Assembly (NCBI GenBank): GCA_024704765.1
Contig: JAKMXF010000177.1
Coordinates: forward strand, 696,526 to 760,525
Length of the DNA stretch: 64,000 nt
From: Oopsacas minuta
Taxonomy: Eukaryota; Animalia; Porifera
Reading direction: 5' to 3'
Below, piece by piece: positions 11,808 to 23,249 of this stretch. The notes below the pieces were generated by a model. The model had not been told where the DNA came from. It did not search any database and was given only the letters and a program-made list of their open reading frames with translations. Both the position numbers and the translations under genes were made by a program. The stretch's first letter is position 1; each line of letters starts with the position of its first letter.

Positions 11808-12016
11808 AAGTTATGCCACAAACTGAGCAATCAAATCCTCCCCTTGAGTTTATACAATTGCAGCCATTACAAGTTGAATTTAGTAATCCACCATTTTTGA
11901 TACAATAGGACAGGTAGTACAATCGGTACCCTCCCACATGTTATTACACTCACACCTACACACATGATCTCCTATACCGTCAATATATAATTCCTCGCTT
12001 TGACCAGGAGTACCCA
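11808..12016 (-). pseudogene. Third fragment of the EGF receptor gene, joined to the cadherin fragment
   Basis: Matches about 4990-5060 joined to about 5250-5390. Ends at a single N (12017). Confidence 0.8.
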
Positions 12017-13423
12017 NCTTCTATCATGCAAACTGCACGTGTACGGACAGCTAGAGTAGCTTCTTTGACCATGATTATTTCTTGTATATGAAAAGTAAGA
12101 AAAATTGAACAAGAGAGTATTTTTAGTGTCTATAATTTTCGGAATTTACAGGAATTCTATTATTTCAAATACGTAGAATAAGAATTGGAAGCTAAAACAC
12201 GATTCAAATAGTTAATTTATGGCTCTATTTAATTTCAAAAAGGTGACATCAATTTCTTAACACCCTGTAAATGATAATAGATTCATTGGAAAATATGATC
12301 GTAACATATCATTGAGTAGATAAAATTCTACAGCCCCGATCAAAGACTTCGAGGACAAATTTTCAGAGACAGCCTACAGTAATATAAATTATCAATACTC
12401 ATAGGCGTCGAACTTTTCAGATTTCGGAATAAAGCTAACGGGACCAGGTCCACGAGGCTTCGGGGTTCATTACTCCGAAATTCATAATCATATATAGTGT
12501 GTCTGGTATAAGAGATTTTAAACATTCAAATTTAGCCAACAAATCTGAACAAAAGCATAAACTATAAGAATACACAACTATGAAAATGTAACCATAAATG
12601 ATCCAATAGTAGTTTTAACAATATACTCTCTATAATTCAAGAATCATGGGAAGTGGTACAAGCATTTTACTATGTGCCTCTTGTAGCACAAGTGGCTCAA
12701 AAGTGTTCAAGTACTTTTGGCCAGGGAGTATAATTACTTTGACTAAGACTAGTGGCTTCCTTGTTAAATGAAAGAATAAATAATTAATGGCTTTCGTGGG
12801 AAATCTAAGTACAGTTAAACCTCCAAATAGTGAACACCTCTAGTTAGTGAACATGGGTCAGGATTCTGAATACAAAATAATCGGTATCATAGAAAAGCGT
12901 GAATACTGTAGTATTAATTAATGGCTCCCTTGTTAAATGAATTAACCCTGACAAACATAATTAAAACTTCCGAAGTCTGATAGCCCAAAACCTGATGGGG
13001 CCAGGTGGGTTTGTCCCCATCAGTTTCAGATGCTGAGGGGCCGGCCCCACCGGCCCCGTCAAGATCGACACCCACGTGAATACTTAAGCTCTCGGAAGAA
13101 TAAGGCAATTGAAAATAAAGAAAATTTACAATCATTATTTGGTCCTAATGAGTTCATTCTTATAATTTGTCTCATAGTGTGGATAAGTATCTGGAACTGA
13201 ACCCGAACCGATTCCAACTCTGATTCAATCATGAGATTGTCAAAAACACTAAGTAATTCGGATTCACTTCTCACCCCTGTGAGAGGTAAGGTTAGGGGAG
13301 GACACGAGTGCCGCCGGCTACAGACATAGCAAAATTACAGTTAAAATGAACAGAAGAATCACAAGAATAAGCATTATAATATAAAGTTATATGGCACAGA
13401 TGTAAACCACAATTAATAAGTAA

Positions 13424-14263
13424 TTAAAATATGAGAAGGTTATGACCAACAATAACGATAAATCTACACTTGGAGTCTAGTGACACAGCCATAGGCTTAT
13501 AAATACCATCAGTTATCCTATGAAATAGATTACCCCTATTATCAAAAAATTGAATAGCATTATCAACATGAGTGGTAATGATAAAATTCCCATTAACATC
13601 GATACAAAATCCCAACGGACAGGCTAAGAATGGAGAAATAATAAGATCATTCAATTTGTTCAGGTCGTAATCAAACATAGATAAATAGGGTTCACTAGAA
13701 GACAGCACAAATATGTTATCCCTGGTTAGTTCTATGTCTACAGGAGATTCAACTTTAAAAGAATTCACAAAAGGATAGTGATTCAACAGAATATTCACTC
13801 TACCATGATTGCGAACACATAGGTATATTGATTCTTCATTGACAGTTATACCATAAAGTTGATAAGATTTTTCGCTCTTTGACCTTCCTATTCGTGTAAT
13901 AAAATTACCATCAAGATCATATATAGAGAGATCATGATGAGTAATAAACATTTTGTCTTCATAGATAGAAATATAGCGAGGGAGCCTCATCCATTTATCG
14001 ACAAATTTAAATATGAAATGTCCCTCTCTATCAAATACTTGTACTCTGTGGTTATTTGTATCCGTAACATAGATATTATCAGTTGGATGGGACACTGCTA
14101 CTCCCCAGGGATTCTTGAATTGTCCATCACCACTACCTCCCATATTCCCAATTTTTCCTAATTTGGAAACTGGTATTAACTTCTGGGTATAATCTGGAAA
14201 ATAATAAGAATTATCTTCATTCAGAAGACCTACTAACCTCATAACTTTTCTGCTCTTTTCCAT
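13424..14263 (-). CDS. NHL-repeat beta-propeller protein (TRIM-NHL-like, no RING/B-box)
   Basis: 279-aa intronless ORF. GSGDGQFKNPWGVAV...IYVTDTNNHRVQVF NHL motif. Confidence 0.85.
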   Translation of the reverse strand: MEKSRKVMRLVGLLNEDNSYYFPDYTQKLIPVSKLGKIGNMGGSGDGQFKNPWGVAVSHPTDNIYVTDTNNHRVQVFDREGHFIFKFVDKWMRLPRYISIYEDKMFITHHDLSIYDLDGNFITRIGRSKSEKSYQLYGITVNEESIYLCVRNHGRVNILLNHYPFVNSFKVESPVDIELTRDNIFVLSSSEPYLSMFDYDLNKLNDLIISPFLACPLGFCIDVNGNFIITTHVDNAIQFFDNRGNLFHRITDGIYKPMAVSLDSKCRFIVIVGHNLLIF

Positions 14264-14974
14264 AAGTCAGAATAATAAGAAATAAGAGAGTGATTGATGC
14301 TAAGCAAATAATCAAAATGAAGCACGGTAAGATGTAACTCATGCAACGAGTCTAAGTTGTCACGAGAGAACAATGTTGGCGTCGTATACAGTTTTTGAAA
14401 TTTGTGAAATTTCATAGAGAGTACTGATAGGGAGGCGAAGTACTAAAAAGTATGAATACCATGCGCCTTAGGTACATAGAGCATACGCGTAAATAAAGTA
14501 CTAGCGCGCTTCGATGCTAGATCGCTGCGTGAGACAGCATAGAGCATCAAGTGGCCTAAGTATTAAACGGCTAGATTTCTTGATGCCTTTGGTCACTACG
14601 CGACGGGTTAAACTCAGACTAGGTGCCTCGGGGTAACCTTTTCGTGGAAATGCAAATTTGATATTATCCATGGTCCATCCAAATTCCAATTAATGGCCTA
14701 CTGTGGAAATTACGTGGCTTTAGTAAACTGGGCACTTGTATCTAGATTATAATGAATTTCCCAAAAAATATCGAGATTTGGAGAATTTTGAGATATTTTA
14801 TAGATTCCTGATGACGTAATAATCCCATGATGAGTTTGCATTTGGTCAGAGTCATGTCGCCAGGACATGTGTCACATTGAAGGGTACCTGTGATTCAAAT
14901 TTCAAACTTCTATCATATATATTGGCTGAGCAGTGGTTAATAATGTGATTTTTGTAATGCAAAAGAGGAACAAT

Positions 14975-15065
14975 GACGTCATAATTTCGTCATTGATGTG
15001 AATTTTCGTCCAAGACTCGAAAATTTCCGAGTCAGGCTCAAACTACCCCTGTAGGCAAAAATCAG
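14975..15065. repeat. Dispersed repeat, related copy at about 60645-60735
   Basis: Shared ACGTCATAATTT...TCCAAGACTCGAAAATT..CGAG.CAGG...CCCTGTA in the same orientation. Confidence 0.6.
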
Positions 15066-15272
15066 CCCTGGGAGTCTTCTAGTTTCTTCAATCAATTCTG
15101 AAAGTACACACAAATAGACATAGCCTATGAAATAGATTAATTGCGTTTTAACTTTAATCACAAATAGAACCAAAATTACTGACTTTCCAACAGACGATAA
15201 CACTTTCAAAACATAAAAAATTCCTCGATCCAGAGATAAAATGCATTTTAAGGTAGAAAAAATGTGTGAAAT

Positions 15273-15332
15273 ATTGATATACAATTGATATACAATTGAT
15301 ATATAATTGATATATAATTGATATACAATTGA
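15273..15332. repeat. 11-bp minisatellite (ATTGATATA[C/T]A) x5.5
   Basis: Read directly from the sequence. Confidence 0.95.
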
Positions 15333-15748
15333 CTTTCAAATTAAGCTTGGAATCGATTTAAATATTTCCATTGAATTCTACGGTAAAATAAGATAGTTTG
15401 GGACTTATATATGAGTCATATTTTTCCAAAGATAATTGAGGCTTAGGGACACAGTGTAGAGTATGTAGTCAAGATTAATTGATTAAGGAGATTTACAAAA
15501 TAATGTGAAACTTAATAATGACACTTCTTTAGCTGATAACCAATTTCACATACCATCATATGATTTCTTACAAATTCTTTGAAATTCCTTTAATTCACGA
15601 AAATATCAGTACTTAAGATCTTGCTAACTGATTATGTGATCAAAGGGATATACTTGGGAGGCTAGAAACTGGGCAGCTCCCCCCAATCTATGGTGGCAAA
15701 ACCAACGCAACATTCCCTCATTGAACATCCAACCGCTAGCTTTTAAAA

Positions 15749-17130
15749 TTAGAAAGCTGTTGCCCTGGGGTCTCCTGTGTTATTTTTCACCAGTGCTCCG
15801 ATTCTACGTATAATATCTTTCGCTCCATCACCACAAGCCCCAATTGACTCAATACAAATCGGAGCAAAGCTATACGCAGAGATAAGTGAAGCATACTTTC
15901 GGCTTTTTGGGTGTTCAGCCTCACATGATAATTTCGGGCTCAACTGCTAGCGGTTGGCCTGTTAGAAGGAGCGAGTGTGTCATAGCAAGTAAAATGCCAT
16001 AATAAACAATTTCCTTTTCCCATGGTATTAATGTCATTCCATCTGGTCTTTTCGCATCTTCCCGACAAATCTCAACCGGATTCAAACAGACCTCGTGATG
16101 GAAGGGAGGTCTAATAGTTTCATTAGCAGCCTGATGTCTAGATATCCTCCCTTCACTCCTCTTACAGCCAAGATCATGACTCCCATTCCTATCCACCTTT
16201 ACGCAGGTATGCTGTCTGCACCCAAGCGAAGTCCCACTGCGATGCGGATGGATTCGTCATTCTGTTTCGCATTTAACCATGCTTATCTCTGCTTAAGCTA
16301 TTAAATGGGTTCTTGTAGTCAATTTTCAAGAGGACACGTGGCTTCTCTTCTCCTGCGTTGTCCAAAAGTCTACGAGTGGCGTGAACTGCTGCCTCACACC
16401 CCCCAGAGGTTCCATAGCAAGTTGTATTGGTCTTAGTTTAGTCCCAACATCATCCGAAATGAGAAGGCTTACAGCTTTAGCTACCATACGTCGTAGTGTA
16501 TTACCCACTGCTATAGGGCGTACACCCCCTACTAATTTCTTTTGAGCTATAAGGTTAGCACAATATAAAAGGGCTATAATTGGCGGTGGGACAGTCCTTA
16601 CTAGCATCAAGTTAGTCAGATTGGTTAATGCTTGGAGGAGACTAGTTCCGACCTCACCGGTGTGTCAAGAAATTATTTCTTTCAAGTGTAGGGGCCTCAT
16701 TCTGCAGCAGATACAGGTTTGAAAGTTCGTATAACTTCCTCAATAATATCCAGGTGACAGTTAAGGATTTGTAGGAGCAGTCAGGGGCTGGAGGATGTTT
16801 ATCCTGAGTGCTTTTAGGGTATCTTTGTCTAAGGGGGCCAGTGACATCTCCTTCCTCTAATTTTAACTTGACTCTCTTCTTTAGATTTTATTTTGATTAT
16901 CCGACCGATATAGATTTCCCTGCTCTGCTTGGAGACTGAGGTGAGAGGCAGACTAGAGCCTGAAGCATAAGCTTCGATTTATTGACGTTGTCAGTGAGAT
17001 CTTATTCTGTATCGATTGGGGAGCGGTAAGAGCGCAAGAGGCGAAGTAGTTTATGCCATTTGACAATACACGAGTGTACTCTTCAATCGTTTGTCCCAGT
17101 CCCTGGGCGGTTAGAATCCGCGCTCTTTTA
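15749..17130 (-). mobile_element. Decayed non-LTR retrotransposon with restriction-like endonuclease (CRE-like)
   Basis: RT N-terminal KK..GGVRPIAVGNTLRRMVAK. C-terminal RLE RPDGMTLIPW and FAPICIESIGACG. The RT core is deleted and stops/frameshifts are present. Confidence 0.75.
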
Positions 17131-17134
17131 GGGT

Positions 17135-17158
17135 TATATATATATATATATATATATA
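17135..17158. repeat. (TA)12 microsatellite
   Basis: Read directly from the sequence. Confidence 0.95.
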
Positions 17159-17615
17159 TGCCGTATTATTTTTGTATTCCTACCATATTGCATAAGGCAG
17201 TATAGACAACACCCTCAAAACCTCTTACCGCAATTTCCACATAGCAGTCTTGGGCAGCTATCTGCTTATTACAATTAGCCATAGTTCTGTAGATGCAGGA
17301 GCCTGGGTAACTTGTGAGTATCCTGTTTGATTTTTGTAGTATCCTCTAGGAAGACGTATGCAATTGGAACATACGATACCTGTTTTAGTGCAAGAATAGC
17401 TTATGCAACTTCCCACTTTGCATCGACAATGGTGCATGAAGGTAAGATTTCAACTGTATGTAGGTTAGTGTTATTAAAGTTTGTAGAAGTTATATAAAGC
17501 TAATAGCTAATTCTGTAAGATTTATGTGAAGAATTTGTAGTAAAGTTTGTAAACATATCAAATTGTAATTATATTGTTTGATGGATTATAAATCCGAGCA
17601 GAGCGAGGAAAAATA

Positions 17616-17787
17616 AAAAATTACAATCTCTGCCGACAGATTTGTCTATTAATAAAATTTGTTTAAAAAAGTGGCACTATTAATTGGAGGCGCAATGAAA
17701 GATTAGTTTAATTCCAATACACATAGTGCCACTTTTTTAAACAAATTTATTAATAGACTAAGCTGTCGGCACAGATTGTAATTTTAT
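17616..17787. repeat. Foldback/hairpin element, copy 1
   Basis: About 65-bp inverted arms (TTACAATC..TGCCGA...AAAAAAGTGGCACTAT / ATAGTGCCACTTTTTT...GGCACAGATTGTAA). Second copy at 28321-28520. Confidence 0.85.
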
Positions 17788-18115
17788 TAGTTCCATATCC
17801 ACCTTACAGCTGACACTATTTATAATTAACAGCTGAAATTTTGTCTATGAGTTCATTGTGGCCTTTAGCTTGGCACCTAGGTATAAGATTTCGACCTGAC
17901 ACAATATGTCACTTTTAGTGCCACCACCAAATTATACCCCTTAGATTCAGAAAACTATTTTCCAGATTATAGCAGCTCAAGAATTTGCATATCACTTAAC
18001 ATTTTAAACAAATAAGTATATAGGACAATCCTGGGTGTTATTATTACGCCTATGATTAGGCTTAGTTACATATTAATCATTTCACTCTCAGCAACTTGTT
18101 TAATTAATTACCATT

Positions 18116-19105
18116 TCATATTTTCAATGGTTTCATGCCTAAAGAGGCTCTCAATTCATTTTGCTGTCTGATTTCTTCCAGTTCATCTCTGGAGTATTTC
18201 TTTTCAATGTCACCAACCTTTCCAGAACGTTCGTCCCTATCTCTCTTTCTGTCTAGAGCTGGATCGTGATCTCGTTTGTCCCTCCTCTTGAAAGTAGGAG
18301 AGCGAGAGCGGGACCTGCTCCGAAATCGATCTCTCTTTCTTTCAGAGTATCTGCTGTGTCTGTGTCGAGAGCTATGATCTTTACTACTTCTATAAGGTGA
18401 CTGATCATGCCTCCTATGATGAAAATCAGGAGTTCTGCTTTTATACTTCTCCTTTACCCCCCTAGACTTAGTATCAACACTCTCTTCACTATCAGAATTG
18501 TCTGTCTCATTGTCACTCTGACTAATGTCCCCATCTCCTGTGATATCATCTTCTAAAGGGGATATTCGAGGGGGTAGAAGTTCAGACTCCTCGAGCACCC
18601 ATCTCTTCTGTAATCTAGGGAGTAGAATACTGAACACCCGCTCCTCATTCAGTAGGTCATCTATATACTCATCCATATGCGTTAGTACGAATTTCCCTTC
18701 AACATTCTTATATTTCATCTTTCGATAATCAATGTAAAGAGGGTCTAAATATTTGTAAATATCCACAGAAGTACCCACTAGACGCATATAGTACGCTCCC
18801 AAGGCTCTCACATACTTATAGTCAGAACGTCGAATAAACTCAACAATTATATCTTTGCTAGGTTGGATTTGAAGCATTTTCAGTACAAGACAGATGAAAG
18901 GGGTGATTTGTACATTTTGGGCGAATGTACCACCTATGTGATCAATTGCCATTGCTTTGTCTACCAGGAGCTCAGCTGTCAGTCCAAAGCAGTCCTCTTT
19001 CCAATAACGGCTATCATATATTCGTGTACGTATAATCTTCTCTATCAAGTATTGAGGGTTCGTACCACGTATAGCAGTTGCTTCCTTTATAGTTCTGTTA
19101 GCCAT
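18116..19105 (-). CDS. PRPF38A: Pre-mRNA-splicing factor 38A
   Basis: MANRT...IRGTNPQYLIEKIIRTRIYDSRYWKEDCFGLTAELLVDKA, YKYVRALGAYYMRL, RS-rich C-terminus. Intronless. Likely start is ATG 19105. Confidence 0.97.
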   Translation of the reverse strand: MANRTIKEATAIRGTNPQYLIEKIIRTRIYDSRYWKEDCFGLTAELLVDKAMAIDHIGGTFAQNVQITPFICLVLKMLQIQPSKDIIVEFIRRSDYKYVRALGAYYMRLVGTSVDIYKYLDPLYIDYRKMKYKNVEGKFVLTHMDEYIDDLLNEERVFSILLPRLQKRWVLEESELLPPRISPLEDDITGDGDISQSDNETDNSDSEESVDTKSRGVKEKYKSRTPDFHHRRHDQSPYRSSKDHSSRHRHSRYSERKRDRFRSRSRSRSPTFKRRDKRDHDPALDRKRDRDERSGKVGDIEKKYSRDELEEIRQQNELRASLGMKPLKI

Positions 19106-19177
19106 TAGCAGGATTGAATGGCTAGTCCTCTGAATTATTTTGTTAAACAATCATCAAACAAAATAGTCAATTTAGTG

Positions 19178-19549
19178 CAGGGAAGGCTAACCTTTTGCAC
19201 CCTGCGGGCCACATTTGAGGATTTGATATATTGGATGGCTATTAGCCACTATCTTACTTCAATTTTCTAAACTGATATTAATAGTTCTATGTAGAAGGTA
19301 AAGGTTTTGGTGGCTTAACTAAGCTGCTTTGCTAAGCCACCAAACCACCCAATTTGTCGTGCACTGCAAAAAAAAGATCTCATTTTCAGCAAACTGAATT
19401 TAATTTTAATCCTATGTGGATACTTCTATTAGGACCACTGAAGTGGTTCATTCTATTAGAATATTCATAGCAAGCTGATTCACGTTAAGCATGTAATATT
19501 AGTTCAGGAATTATTTTGATGCTCCGCGGCCCCAGGTTGGCCATCCCTG
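19178..19549. mobile_element. hAT (Charlie-type) MITE, 372 bp
   Basis: TIRs CAGGGAAGGCTAACC / GGTTGGCCATCCCTG. 8-bp TSD ATTTAGTG / ATGTAGTG (7/8). Confidence 0.85.
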
Positions 19550-19565
19550 ATGTAGTGCATAGTAC

Positions 19566-20960
19566 CAGGGGCGGTGCTAGCGCAGCAGCCTCAGGGGAGC
19601 GGGTTGATATGTTGGGTGCGAACCCCATAATTGTAAATATAAATCACAAATTCAGTACCAAAGTATATAACCAATGCGCATATGCAGCCGTAGACAGCCA
19701 GATTCTCCTTCGATAGAAATCTCCTCTGCAGTCTTGCCAAAGTCTTATTGCACATCGGCATAAATACTTCTCTATGATAGTCTTCAAACGACCTCAACCC
19801 AGCAGGACAACCATGAACTGCGGAACTCGGCGCAAATGGCCCTGAGGAAGATCTGCTGCCTGCTTGTAGATATCCTCCTGTACTTTGTCTGCCAGTGGAA
19901 TCTAAGGCCACTCCAGCCATGAGCAGACTGTTTTGATGACTTGTAGGAACTTCTCTAGAGTCTCGCTCTTACCTTGGAGCTTCGCACTGGCATCAGCACA
20001 AATTTTGAGTAGGAACTTAAATATACACAAGTGGACCACGAAGCTGGTATTGAGTTGCGTCATCAGGCTCCGCGGACTAGCGCCGCGTTCTCCGGAAACT
20101 TAAAATGAGATCCTCTAGAACATCGATAACTGCTGGAAGAGTGGCTGAGAGAGTCTCACAGGCATCATGGCGACACATCCAACGCGTATCGGAAAAAGAG
20201 GGTATCTCGAGAGGTTGGGAATCAGGAAAGCGGGACCTCTGAACCTTGACGTACAGTTCGTGGCCAATTGGCGAGGAGAGGAAATTGTGCAACGACTGCA
20301 GCAGTGCGAAGAGGTCTACCGCCCTGGCTGTATCGTGCACAACATCGACGATGACTAAGTTCAATATATAGGCAAAACAATGTACATAAAAGGCTTTAGG
20401 GTAGAGCTCACTGATTCGCGCCTGGACTCCAGTGCATCGCCCACTCATCACAACTACACTATCGAAGCACTAGCGACACAAAAGAAGATCAATTCTACAA
20501 TCTCGAAGACTTGTCAGCAGAGTTTCGCACAAACCAGCAGCGAAGAGACTCCCACAAGTTGCAAGAAACGACTATTCGATTCTTCCCGTGGATCCCATCC
20601 TCCTGCACAACGTACCTCAACACAAGTGACATCTGCTCCTTGTGGCCAGTATCACGAGACTCATCAGCTATGATGGCGTAATAGTTTACATTCGTTTCAG
20701 CAGCTCTGGTCACTCAACATAGCTGTGACATTCCTCGGGTCGTCAGGCCGCCACTGCGTGCTTATGAGCGTCACTGAACAGTTGTGCTCGAAAAACTTCT
20801 CAATGGCCTTCTTCCAATTGCTGAACCCCGTCGCACACTTCGCTGATCTCACATTGCCCAGGTCAAACTGTTTGCAAGCATAACAGACCGCAGAGTCACG
20901 TGTTTGAGAATACTTGTGTCACACCGAATCCTTAAACCATTCTTTGCAAAACCTGATTTT
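19566..20960 (-). mobile_element. Decayed hAT transposase (ZMYM1/DUF4371-type)
   Basis: TTF-type zinc finger (C..C...FSNWKKA), YYAIIADESRD...EQMSLVLRYV, MSG..TGVQARI...YVHC..Y.LNL, TRW. CAGGGGCGG end-like sequence at 19566. Visibly GC-richer than its flanks. Confidence 0.85.
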
Positions 20961-21159
20961 TTCGAATAAATTAGCTATAAGTAGAAGTTACCTTTTGAAT
21001 AGATTAGAGAAGTAAGTTTCCACAAAATGTGAGAGGGCGAAACTCCCTCACGCTTTGAAAAAGAGCCCAGCATGGCCTGATATTTTTGTTATGGCAACGC
21101 CGCAAAATGCGGCCTAAAATGACTGCTTCATGACACAGCAATATTCAAATTTACTCTAC

Positions 21160-21297
21160 TAAAACCGATTACGGTCAATGTGTTACGTTCATAACGAATA
21201 GGCCATTTCCTGTTAACCAATTCCCGCACCCAAATCGAGATTTTAGCACCTTATTGACGTCATAAAATCACACATTTTCCCGACTGTATTCGGTAAA
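21160..21297. repeat. Small inverted-repeat element, related copy at about 29305-29392
   Basis: AACCGATTACGGTC ... GACTGTATTCGGTA ends. Shared AACCAATTCCCG.ACC...CACATTTTCCCGAC core. Confidence 0.55.
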
Positions 21298-21580
21298 TAT
21301 ACAATCAATAATACTTTTGAGAGATTGGCAAAAAGGTGTTACAAGTTATAGTTAATAATTATTTGCACCTCAGTATACGATTATACCAGGAGAAGGACAG
21401 ACGTCATACAACGTGGGCACAGCTACTCCCATTCAGAGTCGCACTAAAACTAAGACAATGATTTGAAATAATGAATTGAATATCACAGGAGAAATGAGGA
21501 AAACACAACTAAAAACAAGCATAATTATGGGAAATTTATAATATCTTTAAAGTTTATCATGATTCTTGCTGGATACCGGC

Positions 21581-22462
21581 CTAGTAATCCAGGGCACATG
21601 CTTTAATCTTCATTTCAATAGGGTAATGTTTACTGATAGCAAGAGATCTGGATAAATCTATTCCTAACACTCGACTAAAATTATATACCTGAATATCAGA
21701 AATTCCTCCCAAAATAGTCTCATAGAAAACAAAATTATCATAGGTACATGTATGGTTTTGATAAACTGAAGTACTGTTAATTCTTTTCTTTAACCCAAAG
21801 GAGAAGGAAGGATCTGTGTAGAAATACAACTTCTTGAACTCATCATCTGATAGATAACTACAATCAGCATTTAAGTTGCCGAGTATAATTCCATCTGTTG
21901 TACCAAATGTAAGATAGTTTGAACGAAAAGTATAATACAGACTTTGAAGTTCATTGTAGGTATCTTTAGAATAGGCGTGTATAGCCTGAAGCCAGAAAGA
22001 AGAACAGCTAGAACAGTTAGTCGGTAAGAATAGAGCTGAGAATGGAGACCTCATAAAACCACCCTTGTAGACAGGGTATTGATAGGAATCTATTAAAGAT
22101 ACTCTATAGGGTTTATAGAAAAAACTGTACTGTTCTGTTTGTATCTTACCTAATCGAATGCTAATAACTTGTTTATATCCAGAAGTCTTGGGTAAAGTGG
22201 AATTGAGTTGATGTAGCAACGTGTTGGTAACATTATTGACTGAATTATCTGGATCTGTTAACCCAACGAGTAATACAATATCGTATCTCTTTATTGTAGT
22301 AACTATAGTCTCCAAAATTTCTTTATTTCTGCATTTATCTGAATCAAAACTATCAAAGCTAAATGAGGCTACTTTAAGTGTTGGACACGTGTTTTGTTGA
22401 ATTTCGAGGGCAGAAATTTGATAAACCATGAAAGCAAAGTTGATAAATAATAGCAGTGACAT
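21581..22462 (-). CDS. Secreted DNase I-family protein with degenerate metal-binding site
   Basis: Signal peptide. LKVASF, RYDIVLL, LG..QTEQY.F.Y, R.PF, G.LNADCSY, C.YD, AIS.HYPIE align to DNase I. Intact 293-aa intronless ORF. Confidence 0.9.
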   Translation of the reverse strand: MSLLLFINFAFMVYQISALEIQQNTCPTLKVASFSFDSFDSDKCRNKEILETIVTTIKRYDIVLLVGLTDPDNSVNNVTNTLLHQLNSTLPKTSGYKQVISIRLGKIQTEQYSFFYKPYRVSLIDSYQYPVYKGGFMRSPFSALFLPTNCSSCSSFWLQAIHAYSKDTYNELQSLYYTFRSNYLTFGTTDGIILGNLNADCSYLSDDEFKKLYFYTDPSFSFGLKKRINSTSVYQNHTCTYDNFVFYETILGGISDIQVYNFSRVLGIDLSRSLAISKHYPIEMKIKACALDY

Positions 22463-23136
22463 GTTTAGAGGATATTACTAGTGTTGGTAAACAAAAGTTA
22501 TAATACATTGGGTTTCCAATCCCGCGATCTCGAGATCTGGAGCGTTAAGAATTCTCGGGCTACATAATACGTACACATTACACCGTTGTACATGGATGTC
22601 AGCAGGAAGGCCGAATAGTTTTGTAATATTTTCGGATAAGATGAACAAATATTTACACAAAATCAGGTCATTACAATTTTTTTGAAATTGAGATCTCTGT
22701 TAATAGCTAGTCCGGATTAGAGCACAATTTTGGAAGGTCCGCTCGTGTAAGTATTAACGAGTGTCTACTAAAGATTCATATTTTAGAATATAATGGTTGA
22801 TAATTCGTTGCACTATAATTATGCAATACATCTATTCGGCAAAAAATGCGACGTTTCTGCAATATAGAAATCACTAAATTTTGTTTTACCCGGCTAACTC
22901 TAGCCCAAAATCCACAAGTTACTGTTACTCTGTTAGGCCTTATGTATAGTAGGCTATGGCATAAGTATATTTATAAACAAAACTATGTGAAAAAAGAAAA
23001 ATTACTAAAAAGCTTAACAATAAATAGAATGTACAATAGCACCCTATGAAAATATACGTACATTTTCACTAGTATATCACATCTAATCAAGTGTTTGTCT
23101 CTCCTATGTATAACTAAATATTCCGATACTAATAAG

Positions 23137-23138
<2 letters not shown>

Positions 23139-23216
<78 letters not shown>
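23139..23216. repeat. (AC)39 microsatellite
   Basis: Read directly from the sequence. Lies 34 bp beyond the amine-oxidase stop codon. Confidence 0.98.
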
Positions 23217-23219
<3 letters not shown>

Positions 23220-23249
23220 TACATACTATACAAACTAAGCTAGCACTCG

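Noticed and set aside
14480-14700. GC-richer island upstream of the NHL gene as a possible snRNA/ncRNA or small ORF
   Set aside because: I recognise no U-snRNA, SRP, RNase P/MRP or tRNA motif, and the 62-aa ORF has no recognisable domain.
22983-23216. ORF MCVCVCV...
   Set aside because: It is the translation of the (AC)39 microsatellite.
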